Shown piece after piece: positions 39,392 to 49,691 of a stretch of DNA of 64,000 bases. The notes under the pieces are model-generated. The model was not told the DNA's origin. It searched no databases and saw only the letters and a program-made list of their open reading frames with translations. This stretch comes from Candidatus Latescibacterota bacterium. Lineage in GTDB: Bacteria; Latescibacterota; UBA2968. Every line of letters starts with the position of its first letter. Positions within the stretch are counted from its first letter, which is position 1. A program made the position numbers and the translations under genes. Where the stretch lies: assembly GCA_965207885.1 (NCBI GenBank), contig OZ242311.1:896001-960000 (forward strand), read 5' to 3'.

Positions 39392-40264
39392 ATGTCACAG
39401 GCTTCATATAAAACCCGCGGAATTGCGATTGCAGAGGCTTATGCTCATTGCGAGGCACTTACCCGCGCGCATTACGAGAATTTTCCGGTTGGCTCGGTGC
39501 TCATTCCAAAACGGGTGCGGCCCCATGTGTATAGTATCTATGCGTTTGCGCGCACGGCGGATGATTTTGCCGATGAGCCGGGTTTGACGGCGCAGGAGCG
39601 GCTGGAACATCTGGCCGAGTGGGAAGCGCGTCTCGATGCGTGTCTTTCAGATCCCACGGGTCCGATATTTACGGCGCTTGCAGAAACGATTCGCGTGCAT
39701 GACCTACCCGTGCAATTGCTCAGGGATTTGCTTACGGCTTTTCGCATGGATGTGACGACGCAACGGCATCGGACTTATGGGGATTTGCTGGCGTATTGCA
39801 CGTTTTCTGCCAATCCCGTGGGGCGGCTTATTCTCCATCTGTTTGGGTATCGCGGCGAGCACTATGCGCGGCATTCTGACGCGATATGTAGCGCGTTGCA
39901 ACTCGCCAATTTCTGGCAGGATATTGCGATTGATTTTTCGCGCGGGCGCATTTATCTCCCGCAGGAGGATCTCAAACGGTTTGGCGTGGGGATTTCAGAT
40001 TTGCGCGATCAGCGCGTTACGCCGCAATTTTGTGAGCTACTGGATCACCTTATCAACCGCACACGGGATCTGTTTGTGGAGGGGTATCCCCTGCTGGGTA
40101 TGGTGAAGGGGCGATTGCGCTTTGAATTGCGGTTGACCTGTTTGGGAGGCATGCATATTCTGAAGAAGATTCGCGATAATGATTGCGATGTTTTTCATCG
40201 ACGGCCCACTATTACAAAACGCGATTTGCCCGCGCTTTTGTTTAAGACGCTTTTCCACTTATGA
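39392..40264 (+). CDS. hpnC: Squalene synthase HpnC (hydroxysqualene synthase)
   Basis: HYENFPVGS, YAFARTADDFADE, SANPVGRL, ALQLANFWQD. Confidence 0.92.
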   Translation: MSQASYKTRGIAIAEAYAHCEALTRAHYENFPVGSVLIPKRVRPHVYSIYAFARTADDFADEPGLTAQERLEHLAEWEARLDACLSDPTGPIFTALAETIRVHDLPVQLLRDLLTAFRMDVTTQRHRTYGDLLAYCTFSANPVGRLILHLFGYRGEHYARHSDAICSALQLANFWQDIAIDFSRGRIYLPQEDLKRFGVGISDLRDQRVTPQFCELLDHLINRTRDLFVEGYPLLGMVKGRLRFELRLTCLGGMHILKKIRDNDCDVFHRRPTITKRDLPALLFKTLFHL

Positions 40265-41109
40265 ACCTCAAAAAACATATTGGCAAAATCGTGCGAGGCG
40301 CTCGGACGAATTTTTTTTACGCGTTTGTTTTTTTGCCGCGCAAGAAACGCGAGGCCATTTTTTCGGTTTATGCGTTTAGCCGCCATACGGATGATATAGT
40401 GGATGATGCGGCTTCGCCAGAAGAGGCGCGGTGTCACCTCGATGCATGGCGCGAGCAACTCCACGCCTGCTATGAGGGCAGTCCCACCCATCCAATTGCG
40501 CAGAATTTACAGGCTGTTTTGCGGGATTTTCCCATTCCCAAAGCGCATTTTCTGGCGCTTATTGAGGGTGTTGAAATGGATTTGACTAAAAATCGGTATG
40601 CGACGTTTGACGAGTTGCGGGAGTACTGCTATCGGGTCGCATCGGTTGTGGGGTTAATCTGTATTGAAATTTTTGGGTATCGCAATCCGCAGACTCGCGA
40701 ATACGCCGTCAATCTGGGTCTCGCGCTTCAATTGACCAATATTTTGCGAGATGTGCATACGGATTGGCAACAGAACCGCATTTATCTTCCGCAGGAAGAG
40801 ATGGCGCAGTTTGGCTATACGGAAGAGGCTCTTGCTCGGGGAGATTATAATGCCGCGTTTATCGATTTGATGCGGTTTCAAGCGCAACGCGCGTGGACCT
40901 TCTATCAAACAGCCGAAGAATTGCTTCCTGCGGAGGACCGGGCTGCCATGTTTTCGGCGCAGATTATGGGTAAAATTTATGCCCAGTTGCTCGTGAAGAT
41001 CCAGCGCGCCAATTACGATGTTTTTGGCGCGTCTATTCGCCTCAACGATTTGCACAAACTGGGCATTGCGCTGCGCTATTGGCTGGGCAGTCGTTTCGCC
41101 TGGGGGTGA
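40261..41109 (+). CDS. hpnD: Presqualene diphosphate synthase HpnD
   Basis: NFFYAF, DDIVD, YCYRVASVVG, LQLTNILRD, RIYLP. Confidence 0.9.
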   Translation: MNLKKHIGKIVRGARTNFFYAFVFLPRKKREAIFSVYAFSRHTDDIVDDAASPEEARCHLDAWREQLHACYEGSPTHPIAQNLQAVLRDFPIPKAHFLALIEGVEMDLTKNRYATFDELREYCYRVASVVGLICIEIFGYRNPQTREYAVNLGLALQLTNILRDVHTDWQQNRIYLPQEEMAQFGYTEEALARGDYNAAFIDLMRFQAQRAWTFYQTAEELLPAEDRAAMFSAQIMGKIYAQLLVKIQRANYDVFGASIRLNDLHKLGIALRYWLGSRFAWG

Positions 41110-41111
41110 AT

Positions 41112-42425
41112 GTGAAACGCGTAACCATAATCGGGGGAGGGTTTGCCGGTCTTGCAGCAGCTATCCGCCTTTGCGATGCTGGATATTCCGTCACTCTTTT
41201 GGAGCGGCGGCAGCAACTGGGAGGGCGCACCTTTTCGTTTACAGATCCCGTTACGGGCGATACTGTCGATAATGGGCAGCATCTGTTGATGAAGTGCTAT
41301 CGGGAGACGCTCGATTTTCTCGAGCGGATTGGTGCGCGCGACGATGTGGTGTTCCAAAGTCAGTTCAGGATAGATTTTCGCCACGCCGATGGTGGTGCGT
41401 ACACGTTGAGGTTTCCATCCTTTTTGCCCGTGCCGCTGAATCTGCTGTCTGGCTTTTTGCGATTTGGCGCGGTTCACTGGACAGATATCCCGCCGTTAAG
41501 AAAGATCGTGGCGGAGTTGCATAAGGATCTCGATACCGGTCTTACGGTGGATGCCTGGCTCGACCATTGCGGTCAGAAACCGCGCATGCGGAGGGCTTTC
41601 TGGGATCCGCTTTGTATTGCTGCCCTTAACCAGCGACCGCAAAATGCCAGTGCGCGATACCTTCAAGCCGTGTTGCGAGAGGCTTTTTTGGGCGAGCCAG
41701 ATGGCGCGCGGTTGGGATATGCGCGGACGGGTCTGAGCGGTTTGTTTGAGAATCGCGCACGGGAATATATCTCAAAACGGGGTGGCGAAGTGGTGTGTGG
41801 AAAAGCTGTGACGTCTATTGCGCCTGCCCCTTCGGATGTTCGCATCCATACCCGCTCGGGAGATGTGATAGACACAGATATGTGTATTGCGGCGGTTCCT
41901 CCGCTACAACTCGCCAGAATGATTTGTGCGAAGACTTTTGCCGAACTCCATCACACGCTTTGTCAATACGAGCCATCGCCGATTTTTTCTGTCAACTTGT
42001 GGTTTGATCGGCCAGTTATGCGTGAACCTATGTGCGGTTTGCTCGGCACGACAATGGAATGGGTTTTTAACAAGTCCGTGCTCTATGGCGATCACGACCG
42101 CGCTTCTGAGGGCTTTCTCACCATGGTTGCATCTGCGGCGCATCATCTTTTACACATGTCAAATGATGAACTTATTGATATGGCTTGCAGAGAGCTTCAT
42201 CAGGTCTTTCCCGAAAGTAGGCGTGCCGAGGTATTACAAGCCAGAGTGATATGCGAACACGCGGCGACTTGCGCGTTGCCGCTTTCTTATGCAGTGCCCA
42301 AAACTCAGACGCCACATCCCCGTTTGTTTCTCGCGGGCGATTGGACAGATACTGGATTGCCGCCGACCATCGAAGGTGCTGTCAGGAGCGGGTACGCGGC
42401 TGCAGATGCTGTTTTACTGAAATAG
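41112..42425 (+). CDS. hpnE: Hydroxysqualene dehydroxylase HpnE
   Basis: GGGFAGLAAA, LGGR, DNGQH, LAGDWTDTGLPPTIEGAVRSG; hpnCDE order. Confidence 0.92.
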   Translation: MKRVTIIGGGFAGLAAAIRLCDAGYSVTLLERRQQLGGRTFSFTDPVTGDTVDNGQHLLMKCYRETLDFLERIGARDDVVFQSQFRIDFRHADGGAYTLRFPSFLPVPLNLLSGFLRFGAVHWTDIPPLRKIVAELHKDLDTGLTVDAWLDHCGQKPRMRRAFWDPLCIAALNQRPQNASARYLQAVLREAFLGEPDGARLGYARTGLSGLFENRAREYISKRGGEVVCGKAVTSIAPAPSDVRIHTRSGDVIDTDMCIAAVPPLQLARMICAKTFAELHHTLCQYEPSPIFSVNLWFDRPVMREPMCGLLGTTMEWVFNKSVLYGDHDRASEGFLTMVASAAHHLLHMSNDELIDMACRELHQVFPESRRAEVLQARVICEHAATCALPLSYAVPKTQTPHPRLFLAGDWTDTGLPPTIEGAVRSGYAAADAVLLK

Positions 42426-43580
42426 TTCGATGTATTTTAAGCCCGTCCCCGTATTGAATAATACGACGCGGTCGCGCTCGCTAACCAGATTTTGTGCTAT
42501 GAGTTTTTCAAGAGCAGCGAGGGTGGCTGCGCCTTCGGGTGCGGGAAATGATCCCACGGCAACAGCCATTTTTGATGCGGATGCCATCAGTTCTTCATCT
42601 GTGACGGAGAGCGCGCATCCACCGCTGTCGCGAATGGCTTTTAGCATCAAAAAATCGCCTACGGCAGCGGGGACACGCAGGCCCGCCGCAATTGTTTCGG
42701 GATCGATCCAGGGTTCGGCGTGTTCATCTCCCGCGCTATAAGCCCGAACAATGGGCGCGCATCCCGCCGCTTGTACGGAAATCATACGGGGGCGTTCAGG
42801 GCCAATCCATCCCATTTGTTCCATTTCGTCAAATGCCTTCCACATGCCAATCAATCCCGTGCCGCCTCCCGTTGGATAAATGACGACTTCTGGCAATTCC
42901 CAATCAAATTGTTCGGCCAATTCATAGCCCATCGTTTTTTTGCCTTCCACGCGGTATGGCTCTTTCAGGGTCGAGATATCAAACCAGCCTTCGGCTTCTT
43001 TGCGCGATGCCACAATTTTTCCGCAATCGGAAATCAGACCGTCGATCAGTTCGACATGTGCGCCCAGGACTTTGCATTCGATGTAATTGGCCTGTGGCAC
43101 ATCTTTGGGCATAAAAATATGCGCTGGCAAGCCCGCTCGCGCAGCATACGCGGCTGTTGCGCCACCTGCATTGCCGGCCGAGGGAATGGCAATGGCCTGA
43201 GCGCCCAATTCCGCTGCTCTTGAAATTGCCGCTGACATGCCTCGCGCTTTAAATGATCCAGTCGGATTTAAGCCTTCGTCTTTGATGTACAGTTTTGGTA
43301 CACCGATTTTTCGCCCCAACGATGTTGCTTGCAACAATGGGGTGAATCCTTCGCCGAGACTCACCTGAAATTGCTCGTTTTCGATGGGTAAAACTTCGGC
43401 ATAACGCCACATTGTCGGTACTCGTTCTGCGAGTTTTTCCCGGCGCATGGCTTTGGCAGCCGCATCGAGATCATATCGGGCAAATAACGGCGCCTCTGCC
43501 TCTGGACTCAAATTCCAGAGCTGATCTTTTGAATACGCTTTGTCCGTTTTTGTGCAGACCAGATCAATGAGAAATCCCAT
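42414..43580 (-). CDS. thrC: Threonine synthase
   Basis: SLGEGFTPL, NPTGSFKARG, SAGNAG, EGKKT, PTGGG, NTGTGLKY; 12-nt convergent overlap with hpnE. Confidence 0.88.
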   Translation of the reverse strand: MGFLIDLVCTKTDKAYSKDQLWNLSPEAEAPLFARYDLDAAAKAMRREKLAERVPTMWRYAEVLPIENEQFQVSLGEGFTPLLQATSLGRKIGVPKLYIKDEGLNPTGSFKARGMSAAISRAAELGAQAIAIPSAGNAGGATAAYAARAGLPAHIFMPKDVPQANYIECKVLGAHVELIDGLISDCGKIVASRKEAEGWFDISTLKEPYRVEGKKTMGYELAEQFDWELPEVVIYPTGGGTGLIGMWKAFDEMEQMGWIGPERPRMISVQAAGCAPIVRAYSAGDEHAEPWIDPETIAAGLRVPAAVGDFLMLKAIRDSGGCALSVTDEELMASASKMAVAVGSFPAPEGAATLAALEKLIAQNLVSERDRVVLFNTGTGLKYIELFQ

Positions 43581-43646
43581 AAATACCTCCTGAAAAAGAT
43601 TGAGAACTCGTCATAGTATGAGTCGCACTCTTTTTCAAGTCAAGGT

Positions 43647-44984
43647 CTAACACACCTGACCATTTGTTGCTCTTTCAAGTGCGTATCGGCGTATTTTGCG
43701 TCTCAATGTCGGTCTGGATATTCCGAGCAACTCACAGGCTCGCCCCTGATTGCCACCAGTGACGAGCATCACCCGCTCAATATGCGCCTGCTCAATTTCA
43801 TTCAGGGTTTCAATTTTGTCTGGTGCGCCGGACTGTGTGTGGCTGAGCACATCCAGATGCTCGGGGCGAATTACCCCTTTCTGACAGGCCAGGGCTGCGC
43901 GGTAAATGGCGTGTTGCAATTCCCTTAAATTACCCGGCCATTCACATCCTGCCAGATATGCAACCGCCGCTTCAGAAACCCCTTGGACCTCCACGCCCGT
44001 ATCGACTTTCAATCGCGTTAGCATTGCTTGAACAATGTGTGGAATATCTTCGCTACGCTCTCGCAGAGGGGGGAGAGATATGGTCACGGCGCTGAGCCTG
44101 TAAAACAAATCCAGGCGAAATTCGCCTTGTTCGATCATGGAATCGAGGTCGCGGTTGGTGGCAGCAATTACCCGAACCTGTGTTTGTATGGGGGATTGTC
44201 CGCCAACTCTGACAAATTCACCGCGGTCTAAGACCCGCAACAGCTTGGCCTGAAATGCAGGCGAAGCCTCACCAATTTCGTCGAGAAAAAGCGTGCCGCC
44301 ATCGGCTTGTTCAAAACACCCTGCCCGACGGGTTATGGCGCCGGTAAAAGCGCCTCGCTCATGCCCAAAGAGTTCACTTTCGGCAATGCCTTCTGCTATT
44401 GCCGCACAATTGAGTGCTACAAATGCCCCTGACCGCCCAGAAGCCCGATGCATTTCTCGTGCCATCAGTTCTTTTCCGGTTCCACTTTCTCCATAAATCA
44501 GGACAGAAGCCGATGTTCGCGCTGACAGGCCCGCGCGCTTGAGTGCGAGTAACATGTCTGGACACGATCCAATCACCATCCCCGTGGGGGATTCATTTCT
44601 GGGGTTTTGAGACAGATAGTGTAGCGCGATTTTACCCTCAATCTGCAATTGGGAGATCAGAATATCCAGGGTCTGCCGATCAATGGGATGTACGAGAAAA
44701 TCGCGTGCGCCCAGCGACAAAGCTTCGAGTATTCTGTCAGATGCCATATATTCACCCACAATCACGACGGGGCATAGATTATCAAATACGGGAAGTAGCT
44801 TTAATCCCCGTCCATCGGGGAGGGTTTCAGCGACAAGGGCAAGATCGGGGTTTCTTTCTTCAATGCGTTTCAAGCAGTGATAAAAAGAACCCGCTATGCG
44901 CGTGTTTGCGCCCAGTTTTTCCAGCAGTTGCACCAATTGCATTGCGCGTTGCGGGTTTCCATCAACAATCAGTATGTCTCCCAT
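43647..44984 (-). CDS. Sigma54-dependent activator (degenerate REC-AAA+-Fis HTH)
   Basis: [47 protein letters not shown]. Confidence 0.93.
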   Translation of the reverse strand: MGDILIVDGNPQRAMQLVQLLEKLGANTRIAGSFYHCLKRIEERNPDLALVAETLPDGRGLKLLPVFDNLCPVVIVGEYMASDRILEALSLGARDFLVHPIDRQTLDILISQLQIEGKIALHYLSQNPRNESPTGMVIGSCPDMLLALKRAGLSARTSASVLIYGESGTGKELMAREMHRASGRSGAFVALNCAAIAEGIAESELFGHERGAFTGAITRRAGCFEQADGGTLFLDEIGEASPAFQAKLLRVLDRGEFVRVGGQSPIQTQVRVIAATNRDLDSMIEQGEFRLDLFYRLSAVTISLPPLRERSEDIPHIVQAMLTRLKVDTGVEVQGVSEAAVAYLAGCEWPGNLRELQHAIYRAALACQKGVIRPEHLDVLSHTQSGAPDKIETLNEIEQAHIERVMLVTGGNQGRACELLGISRPTLRRKIRRYALERATNGQVC

Positions 44985-45026
44985 AAAACCTCCATTGCGT
45001 AATGAGTTGTTTTACAAGAGACATCA

Positions 45027-45042
45027 TGCACAATTTGTGCCA
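45027..45042 (-). promoter_or_regulatory. Sigma54 (-24/-12) promoter upstream of the activator
   Basis: Minus strand TGGCACAAATTGTGCA, with exact GG-N10-GC spacing. Confidence 0.7.
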
Positions 45043-45150
45043 GAGTTGACAAAATTTATAACATGTTGATAAAGAATAGTTTAAAGAGAGTATGAAAATT
45101 TTTGATTCGTACATCTGACGCATAAAAGGCGACAGTTGGCTTCTATTTAT

Positions 45151-45192
45151 AAAAAAAATGGCGTCCTTCAAAAGAGAAGAACGCCATTTTTT
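45151..45192 (-). terminator. Rho-independent terminator after the FN3 gene
   Basis: A8-TGGCGT...ACGCCA-T6 stem, giving a T8 tail on the minus strand. Confidence 0.75.
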
Positions 45193-45209
45193 CCTTTCTT
45201 GCAGGTTCT

Positions 45210-48200
45210 CTATGGGGAAAAATCAAAATCAGTATCTGAAGGACCACCGATCCGTCCAGAAAGAGATGTGCGGATCCGGTAAACATAGGTGAAGCCACTT
45301 TTAATATCTCTATCGCTATAAGAAGTGGTCGTGATCGGATCCTCGGTTTCCAAAGTCGTATAATCTCCGTCTGTTAAATTTCGAATGTCAGTACCGGAAG
45401 CAGCTCCGGCGATTGCTGCCCGTTGAACGATGAAATGGTCGTACTTATCAGGTGGTGTCCAGGTCAAATTGATCTCGGGAACAGCGGGATTGTAACGAGC
45501 TACCAGGTCCGTTGGAGGCACGGGGACTATATCAGTTGTGGTCTCCGTCCTGATGGGTGATCGCTCACTCTCATTGCCCTGGTGGTCAATGGCAGAGATC
45601 TGATACCTGTAAGTCGTGCGGTTTAGCAGGTCGGTATCTCGATATGCTCGAGATTCCGCATCTACGATTGTTAGCACAGTGAGCACATTATTATTCAATG
45701 GGTCCGTGCGATAAATCACAAAGCTGGCAAGTCCGGTCAGGTCGCCGCCATTTGCATCCCTTGTGGGAGCGTCCCAACTCAACTCGATCGCTGCGCCACT
45801 ACTTTCCAAAATAGCGACAAAATTGCCGGGGGTAGCGGGCGGGATATCGTCGATCTGTACCGTTGCAGAGGCAAATAGCGATGGTTCGCTTTCTGTGTTA
45901 TTTACACCAACCGCCTGCACGCGATAGACATAGGTCTGATCTGCTACCAGCGGCGAATCGACATAGGTCGTATGCACGGTCGAGAAGGTCGCTTCGGCTA
46001 CTGTCTGTGCCGGGTCTGTATAACGCATGACGCGATACCCAGTCAGTTCTGATTCTGTATTGGCAGACCAGGTGATGGTAATGTGACCAATCCCACCCCT
46101 TGCCTGCACATTGCGCGGTGCTGCCAGAACTGGAGGCGGTTCGGTGGCCTGTGCAGAGACAAAGACCGATAGTTCACTCCTCTCATTGGCGGCGCCAACT
46201 GCCCGCACCCGATAGACAAAGGTCTGTCCGGCTGTGACAGGGGTATCCACATACGTCGTCAACACAGAGGAGAAGATCCTGTCAGGTGTTTCGTGTGTGG
46301 GATCTGTAAAGCGCAATATCTCATATCCGGTCAATTCCGGCTCGGTGTTTGCCGTCCAGTTCAAGGTGATTTTAAGCTCACCACCAGTCGCGCGTACATT
46401 GCGCGGTGCTGCCAGAACTGGAGGCGGCTCAATGGCCTGTGCAGAGACAAAGACTGATAGTTCGCTCTTTATATTAGAGGGACCAACCGCCCGCACCCGA
46501 TAGACAAAGGTCTGTCCGGCTGTGACAGGGGTATCCACATACGTCGTCAATACGGAAGAGAAGATCCTGTCTGGTGTTTCATCTGTGGGATCTGTAAAGC
46601 GCAATATCTCATATCCGGTCAATTCTGGTTCGGTGTTTGCCGCCCAGTTCAAGGTGATTTTCAGTTCACCACCAGTTGCTTGCAAGTTGCGCGGGATGGC
46701 AAATCCCCTGGTGGTCACAGATACTGGCTGAGATCGGGGTCCGGCATTGCCGGCATGATCCAATGCTCTGATTGCATAAAAGTATCGCGTCAATAATTCG
46801 ACAGATGTGTCCTCATAACTCATTTGATCGCTCGATACTGCGGCAATTAGCGCAAAGGATGTATTGTTCTCGCGTGACCGGTAGATTTCAAAGGAGGTCA
46901 ATCCGGTCAGTTCATTGCCATTGCTGTCTCTTGTAGGAGCCGTCCAGCTGATAAGCACGCGCTGGAAATTATCATCGTCCAGGCTGACGATGAGATCCGA
47001 GGGCGCGCCGGGAGGGCTCTGATCGGCTGAGACAGTTGCAGAAGCATAGAGTGATCGTTCGCTTTCTTCATTATTGGTACCAACAGCCTGTACGCGATAC
47101 ACATAGGTCTGTCCCGATACCAGCGGCGAATCGACATAAGTCGTCTGCACGGTCGTGAAGGTCGCTTCGGCCACTGTCTGTGCCGGGTCTGTATAGCGCA
47201 TGACGCGATACCCGGTCAGTTCAGGCTCGGTGTTTGCCGCCCAGGTGATGGTAATGTGACCAATCCCACCCCTTGCCTGCACATTGCGCGGTGCTGCCAG
47301 AACTGGAGCAGCTTCCGTGGCCTGGGCAGAGACGGGGGGCGACAATTCGCTCTTCACATTGGCGGTGCCAACCGCCCGCACCCGATAGACAAAGGGTTGA
47401 TCTGCTGTGACAGGAGTATCCACATACGTCGTCAACACAGAAGAGAAGGTTTTGTCGGGTGTTTCGTGTGTGGGATCTGTAAAGCGCAATATCTCATATC
47501 CCGTTAATTCAGGCTCGGTGTTTGCCGTCCAGGTCAAGGTGATTTTCTGCACACCAGGAGTTGCCCGCACGTTGCGCGGGATAGCAAATCCCCTGGTGGT
47601 CACAGATATCGGCTGAGACCGGGGTCCGGCATTGCCAGCCTGATCCAATGCTCTGACCGCATAGAAATACGTCGTGAGTAATTCGACAGAAGTATCCACA
47701 AAACTCACCTGATCGCTCGATACTGTGGCGATCAGTGCAAAGGATGTATTGTTCTCGCGCGACCGGTAGATTTCAAAGGAGGCCAATCCGGTCAGTTCAT
47801 TGCCATTTCTGTCTGTTACAGGTGCAGTCCAGTTCAGCATCACCCGCTGGAAATTATCATCGTCCAGGCTGACGATGAGATCTGAGGGCGCGCCAGGGGC
47901 GCTCTGATCGGCAAGTGCCTGTCCGTCAATGAAAGTGGAAGTATCACTGCGCAATAGTCCAAGATTGGGATCTTGCACAACGGTTTGAACTTTGTAGTAG
48001 TACACTTGATCGGTCGCGACAAGCGAATCGACATAGGTCGTCTGTCCCGTGGTAAAGAGCGTGTCGTTTGTTACGGGTGTAAAGGGACCTTGTGTGGATT
48101 GTGACCGCAAGACCAGATAGCCCAGCAAGTTGGGATCGTTTACGGGATTCCAGGATACGACAATGCGCGCCTGTTCATTTTGCGTTGCGCGCAAGTTAGC

Positions 48201-49079
48201 AGGTACTGGTATATTCGCGCCTGGTGTGTCTATGGTTACTAAAGTAAGTGCCGGAGGTCCAGTGTTGCCTTCTGGATCGACGGCGATGACTATGTAAACG
48301 TGAAGCACGCCAGCTTCGAGTTCATCGGTATCGAGGAAATAAGTCTGGTTGGCAGGTACGGTTCCAAGTTCGACGAAAATATCTTTCAACTCGGCGGATA
48401 TTTCTCCCAGATTATCGAGGTCGATGCCCAGTTCTGTGGCGAGCTGGACCAGGGCTGTCTGCGAACCCTGTATCTGGAGTTTGCCCTGCGAATCTTTGAT
48501 CCTGAAAATTCTGTACCCGGACAAGCCGGTCAATTCCTGATTGCCCACATCCATTTCCGGCGCTGACCAGCCCAGTGCAACCTGTTTTCCATCGGCATCG
48601 GTGATGGCGACGAAATTCATCGGCATAGCCGGTGCGCGCGTGTCATCGAGGACTTCTGCACTTACAAATGTAGATAATTCGCTTGATTGTCCTTCTATAT
48701 CTACTGTACTGAGTTTATAGAAATATATTTTCGATACATTGGCATCTATTGTCGAATCCACATAAGTCGTGCGTGCTGTCGTCACGTCGGAAGCGGATGA
48801 TTCGCCGCGCAATAGCACAAAATCTCCCGTGGCCGATGTTGACCGCCATATCCCATATCCCGCAAGATTGGTGCTGTTCACGGGATTCCAGTTCAAAGTG
48901 ATCCGTCCAATACCGCCCTGGGCGCGAATATTGCCCGGCGGATTCAAAGTCGTCGTGGTTCCTTCAAATTGTGAGTCAACCGGATTTACGCGTTCGCGTC
49001 CGCATCCCCACATGGCTATTAAAATTATCGCAATCCCCAAAAGGCCGAGTTGTAGTCGGCGCGTCCACCAGTGCTTCAT
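45210..49079 (-). CDS. Large lipoprotein with ~12 fibronectin type III domains
   Basis: Lipobox MWGC; repeated P.N..A, I.L.W, GY, YVD, Y.YRV.AV; 885-nt and 288-nt DNA-level duplications; GAGGAG RBS. Confidence 0.9.
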   Translation of the reverse strand: MKHWWTRRLQLGLLGIAIILIAMWGCGRERVNPVDSQFEGTTTTLNPPGNIRAQGGIGRITLNWNPVNSTNLAGYGIWRSTSATGDFVLLRGESSASDVTTARTTYVDSTIDANVSKIYFYKLSTVDIEGQSSELSTFVSAEVLDDTRAPAMPMNFVAITDADGKQVALGWSAPEMDVGNQELTGLSGYRIFRIKDSQGKLQIQGSQTALVQLATELGIDLDNLGEISAELKDIFVELGTVPANQTYFLDTDELEAGVLHVYIVIAVDPEGNTGPPALTLVTIDTPGANIPVPANLRATQNEQARIVVSWNPVNDPNLLGYLVLRSQSTQGPFTPVTNDTLFTTGQTTYVDSLVATDQVYYYKVQTVVQDPNLGLLRSDTSTFIDGQALADQSAPGAPSDLIVSLDDDNFQRVMLNWTAPVTDRNGNELTGLASFEIYRSRENNTSFALIATVSSDQVSFVDTSVELLTTYFYAVRALDQAGNAGPRSQPISVTTRGFAIPRNVRATPGVQKITLTWTANTEPELTGYEILRFTDPTHETPDKTFSSVLTTYVDTPVTADQPFVYRVRAVGTANVKSELSPPVSAQATEAAPVLAAPRNVQARGGIGHITITWAANTEPELTGYRVMRYTDPAQTVAEATFTTVQTTYVDSPLVSGQTYVYRVQAVGTNNEESERSLYASATVSADQSPPGAPSDLIVSLDDDNFQRVLISWTAPTRDSNGNELTGLTSFEIYRSRENNTSFALIAAVSSDQMSYEDTSVELLTRYFYAIRALDHAGNAGPRSQPVSVTTRGFAIPRNLQATGGELKITLNWAANTEPELTGYEILRFTDPTDETPDRIFSSVLTTYVDTPVTAGQTFVYRVRAVGPSNIKSELSVFVSAQAIEPPPVLAAPRNVRATGGELKITLNWTANTEPELTGYEILRFTDPTHETPDRIFSSVLTTYVDTPVTAGQTFVYRVRAVGAANERSELSVFVSAQATEPPPVLAAPRNVQARGGIGHITITWSANTESELTGYRVMRYTDPAQTVAEATFSTVHTTYVDSPLVADQTYVYRVQAVGVNNTESEPSLFASATVQIDDIPPATPGNFVAILESSGAAIELSWDAPTRDANGGDLTGLASFVIYRTDPLNNNVLTVLTIVDAESRAYRDTDLLNRTTYRYQISAIDHQGNESERSPIRTETTTDIVPVPPTDLVARYNPAVPEINLTWTPPDKYDHFIVQRAAIAGAASGTDIRNLTDGDYTTLETEDPITTTSYSDRDIKSGFTYVYRIRTSLSGRIGGPSDTDFDFSP

Positions 49080-49109
49080 AATAATCTCCTCATTGCCCAT
49101 TACTGATGA

Positions 49110-49547
49110 TTAAAATTTTTTCTTCAACACAATCCCAACAGATTTTTTGCGAATATCACTGTTGAGGTCTATTTTGATTCGTCGATCAATTTTGGGCATT
49201 TTATCATCCACTTCGCTGTGTATGAGCAAACGCAAACCACTGATCAACAAAATTGCGGAAAATCCGACACTCATCATGCTCTTGGTATCTCGATCGCTTG
49301 TGCGGTTAAAAAGCTGTTCGGCTTCTCGAGAGTCTTTCGCCGCCTTATAGGCTTCGTAAATGTCGTTTGCATCGCGCTTATAATCAACGGCGCGCTTGGC
49401 CATATAAGCACTGCCACCGAGAAATAAAACACCAAATGTGCGCCGTGCAGTAAAAAAGGACCGCGCTTCGGCAACGGGAGCCAAACATCCCCAAAAAAAT
49501 GCGGTTGCCAGCACGACACAACACACTTTATACATCCGTCTGTGCAT
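49110..49547 (-). CDS. Secreted/membrane hypothetical protein
   Basis: Signal peptide ending AEA, two hydrophobic segments, C-terminal VLKKKF; AAGGAG RBS. Confidence 0.7.
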   Translation of the reverse strand: MHRRMYKVCCVVLATAFFWGCLAPVAEARSFFTARRTFGVLFLGGSAYMAKRAVDYKRDANDIYEAYKAAKDSREAEQLFNRTSDRDTKSMMSVGFSAILLISGLRLLIHSEVDDKMPKIDRRIKIDLNSDIRKKSVGIVLKKKF

Positions 49548-49569
49548 ACTTACTTACTCCTTCCCCGAG

Positions 49570-49652
49570 ATTTCGAGGGTTTAGACATTGTATCCTTAGA
49601 TCAGAAAATGGCCTCACGCGTTCCTCCTCTTAAATATTTCGAGGGTTTAGAC
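49570..49652. repeat. 17-bp direct repeat ATTTCGAGGGTTTAGAC (49570-49586, 49636-49652)
   Basis: Two exact copies 66 nt apart; each reads GTCTAAACCCTCGAAAT on the minus strand. Confidence 0.85.
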
Positions 49653-49676
49653 GAGATCACATGATTAAAAGTTTCG
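49647..49676 (-). promoter_or_regulatory. ECF sigma-type promoter for the 49547/FN3 genes
   Basis: Minus strand CGAAACTT-N15-CGTCTAA, matching the AAC/CGTC ECF pattern. Confidence 0.65.
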
Positions 49677-49691
49677 GATAACTGATATATT

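Noticed and set aside
39392-42425. hpnCDE without shc as a novel pathway
   Set aside because: hpnCDE is the established bacterial squalene route; the cyclase may simply be elsewhere in the genome
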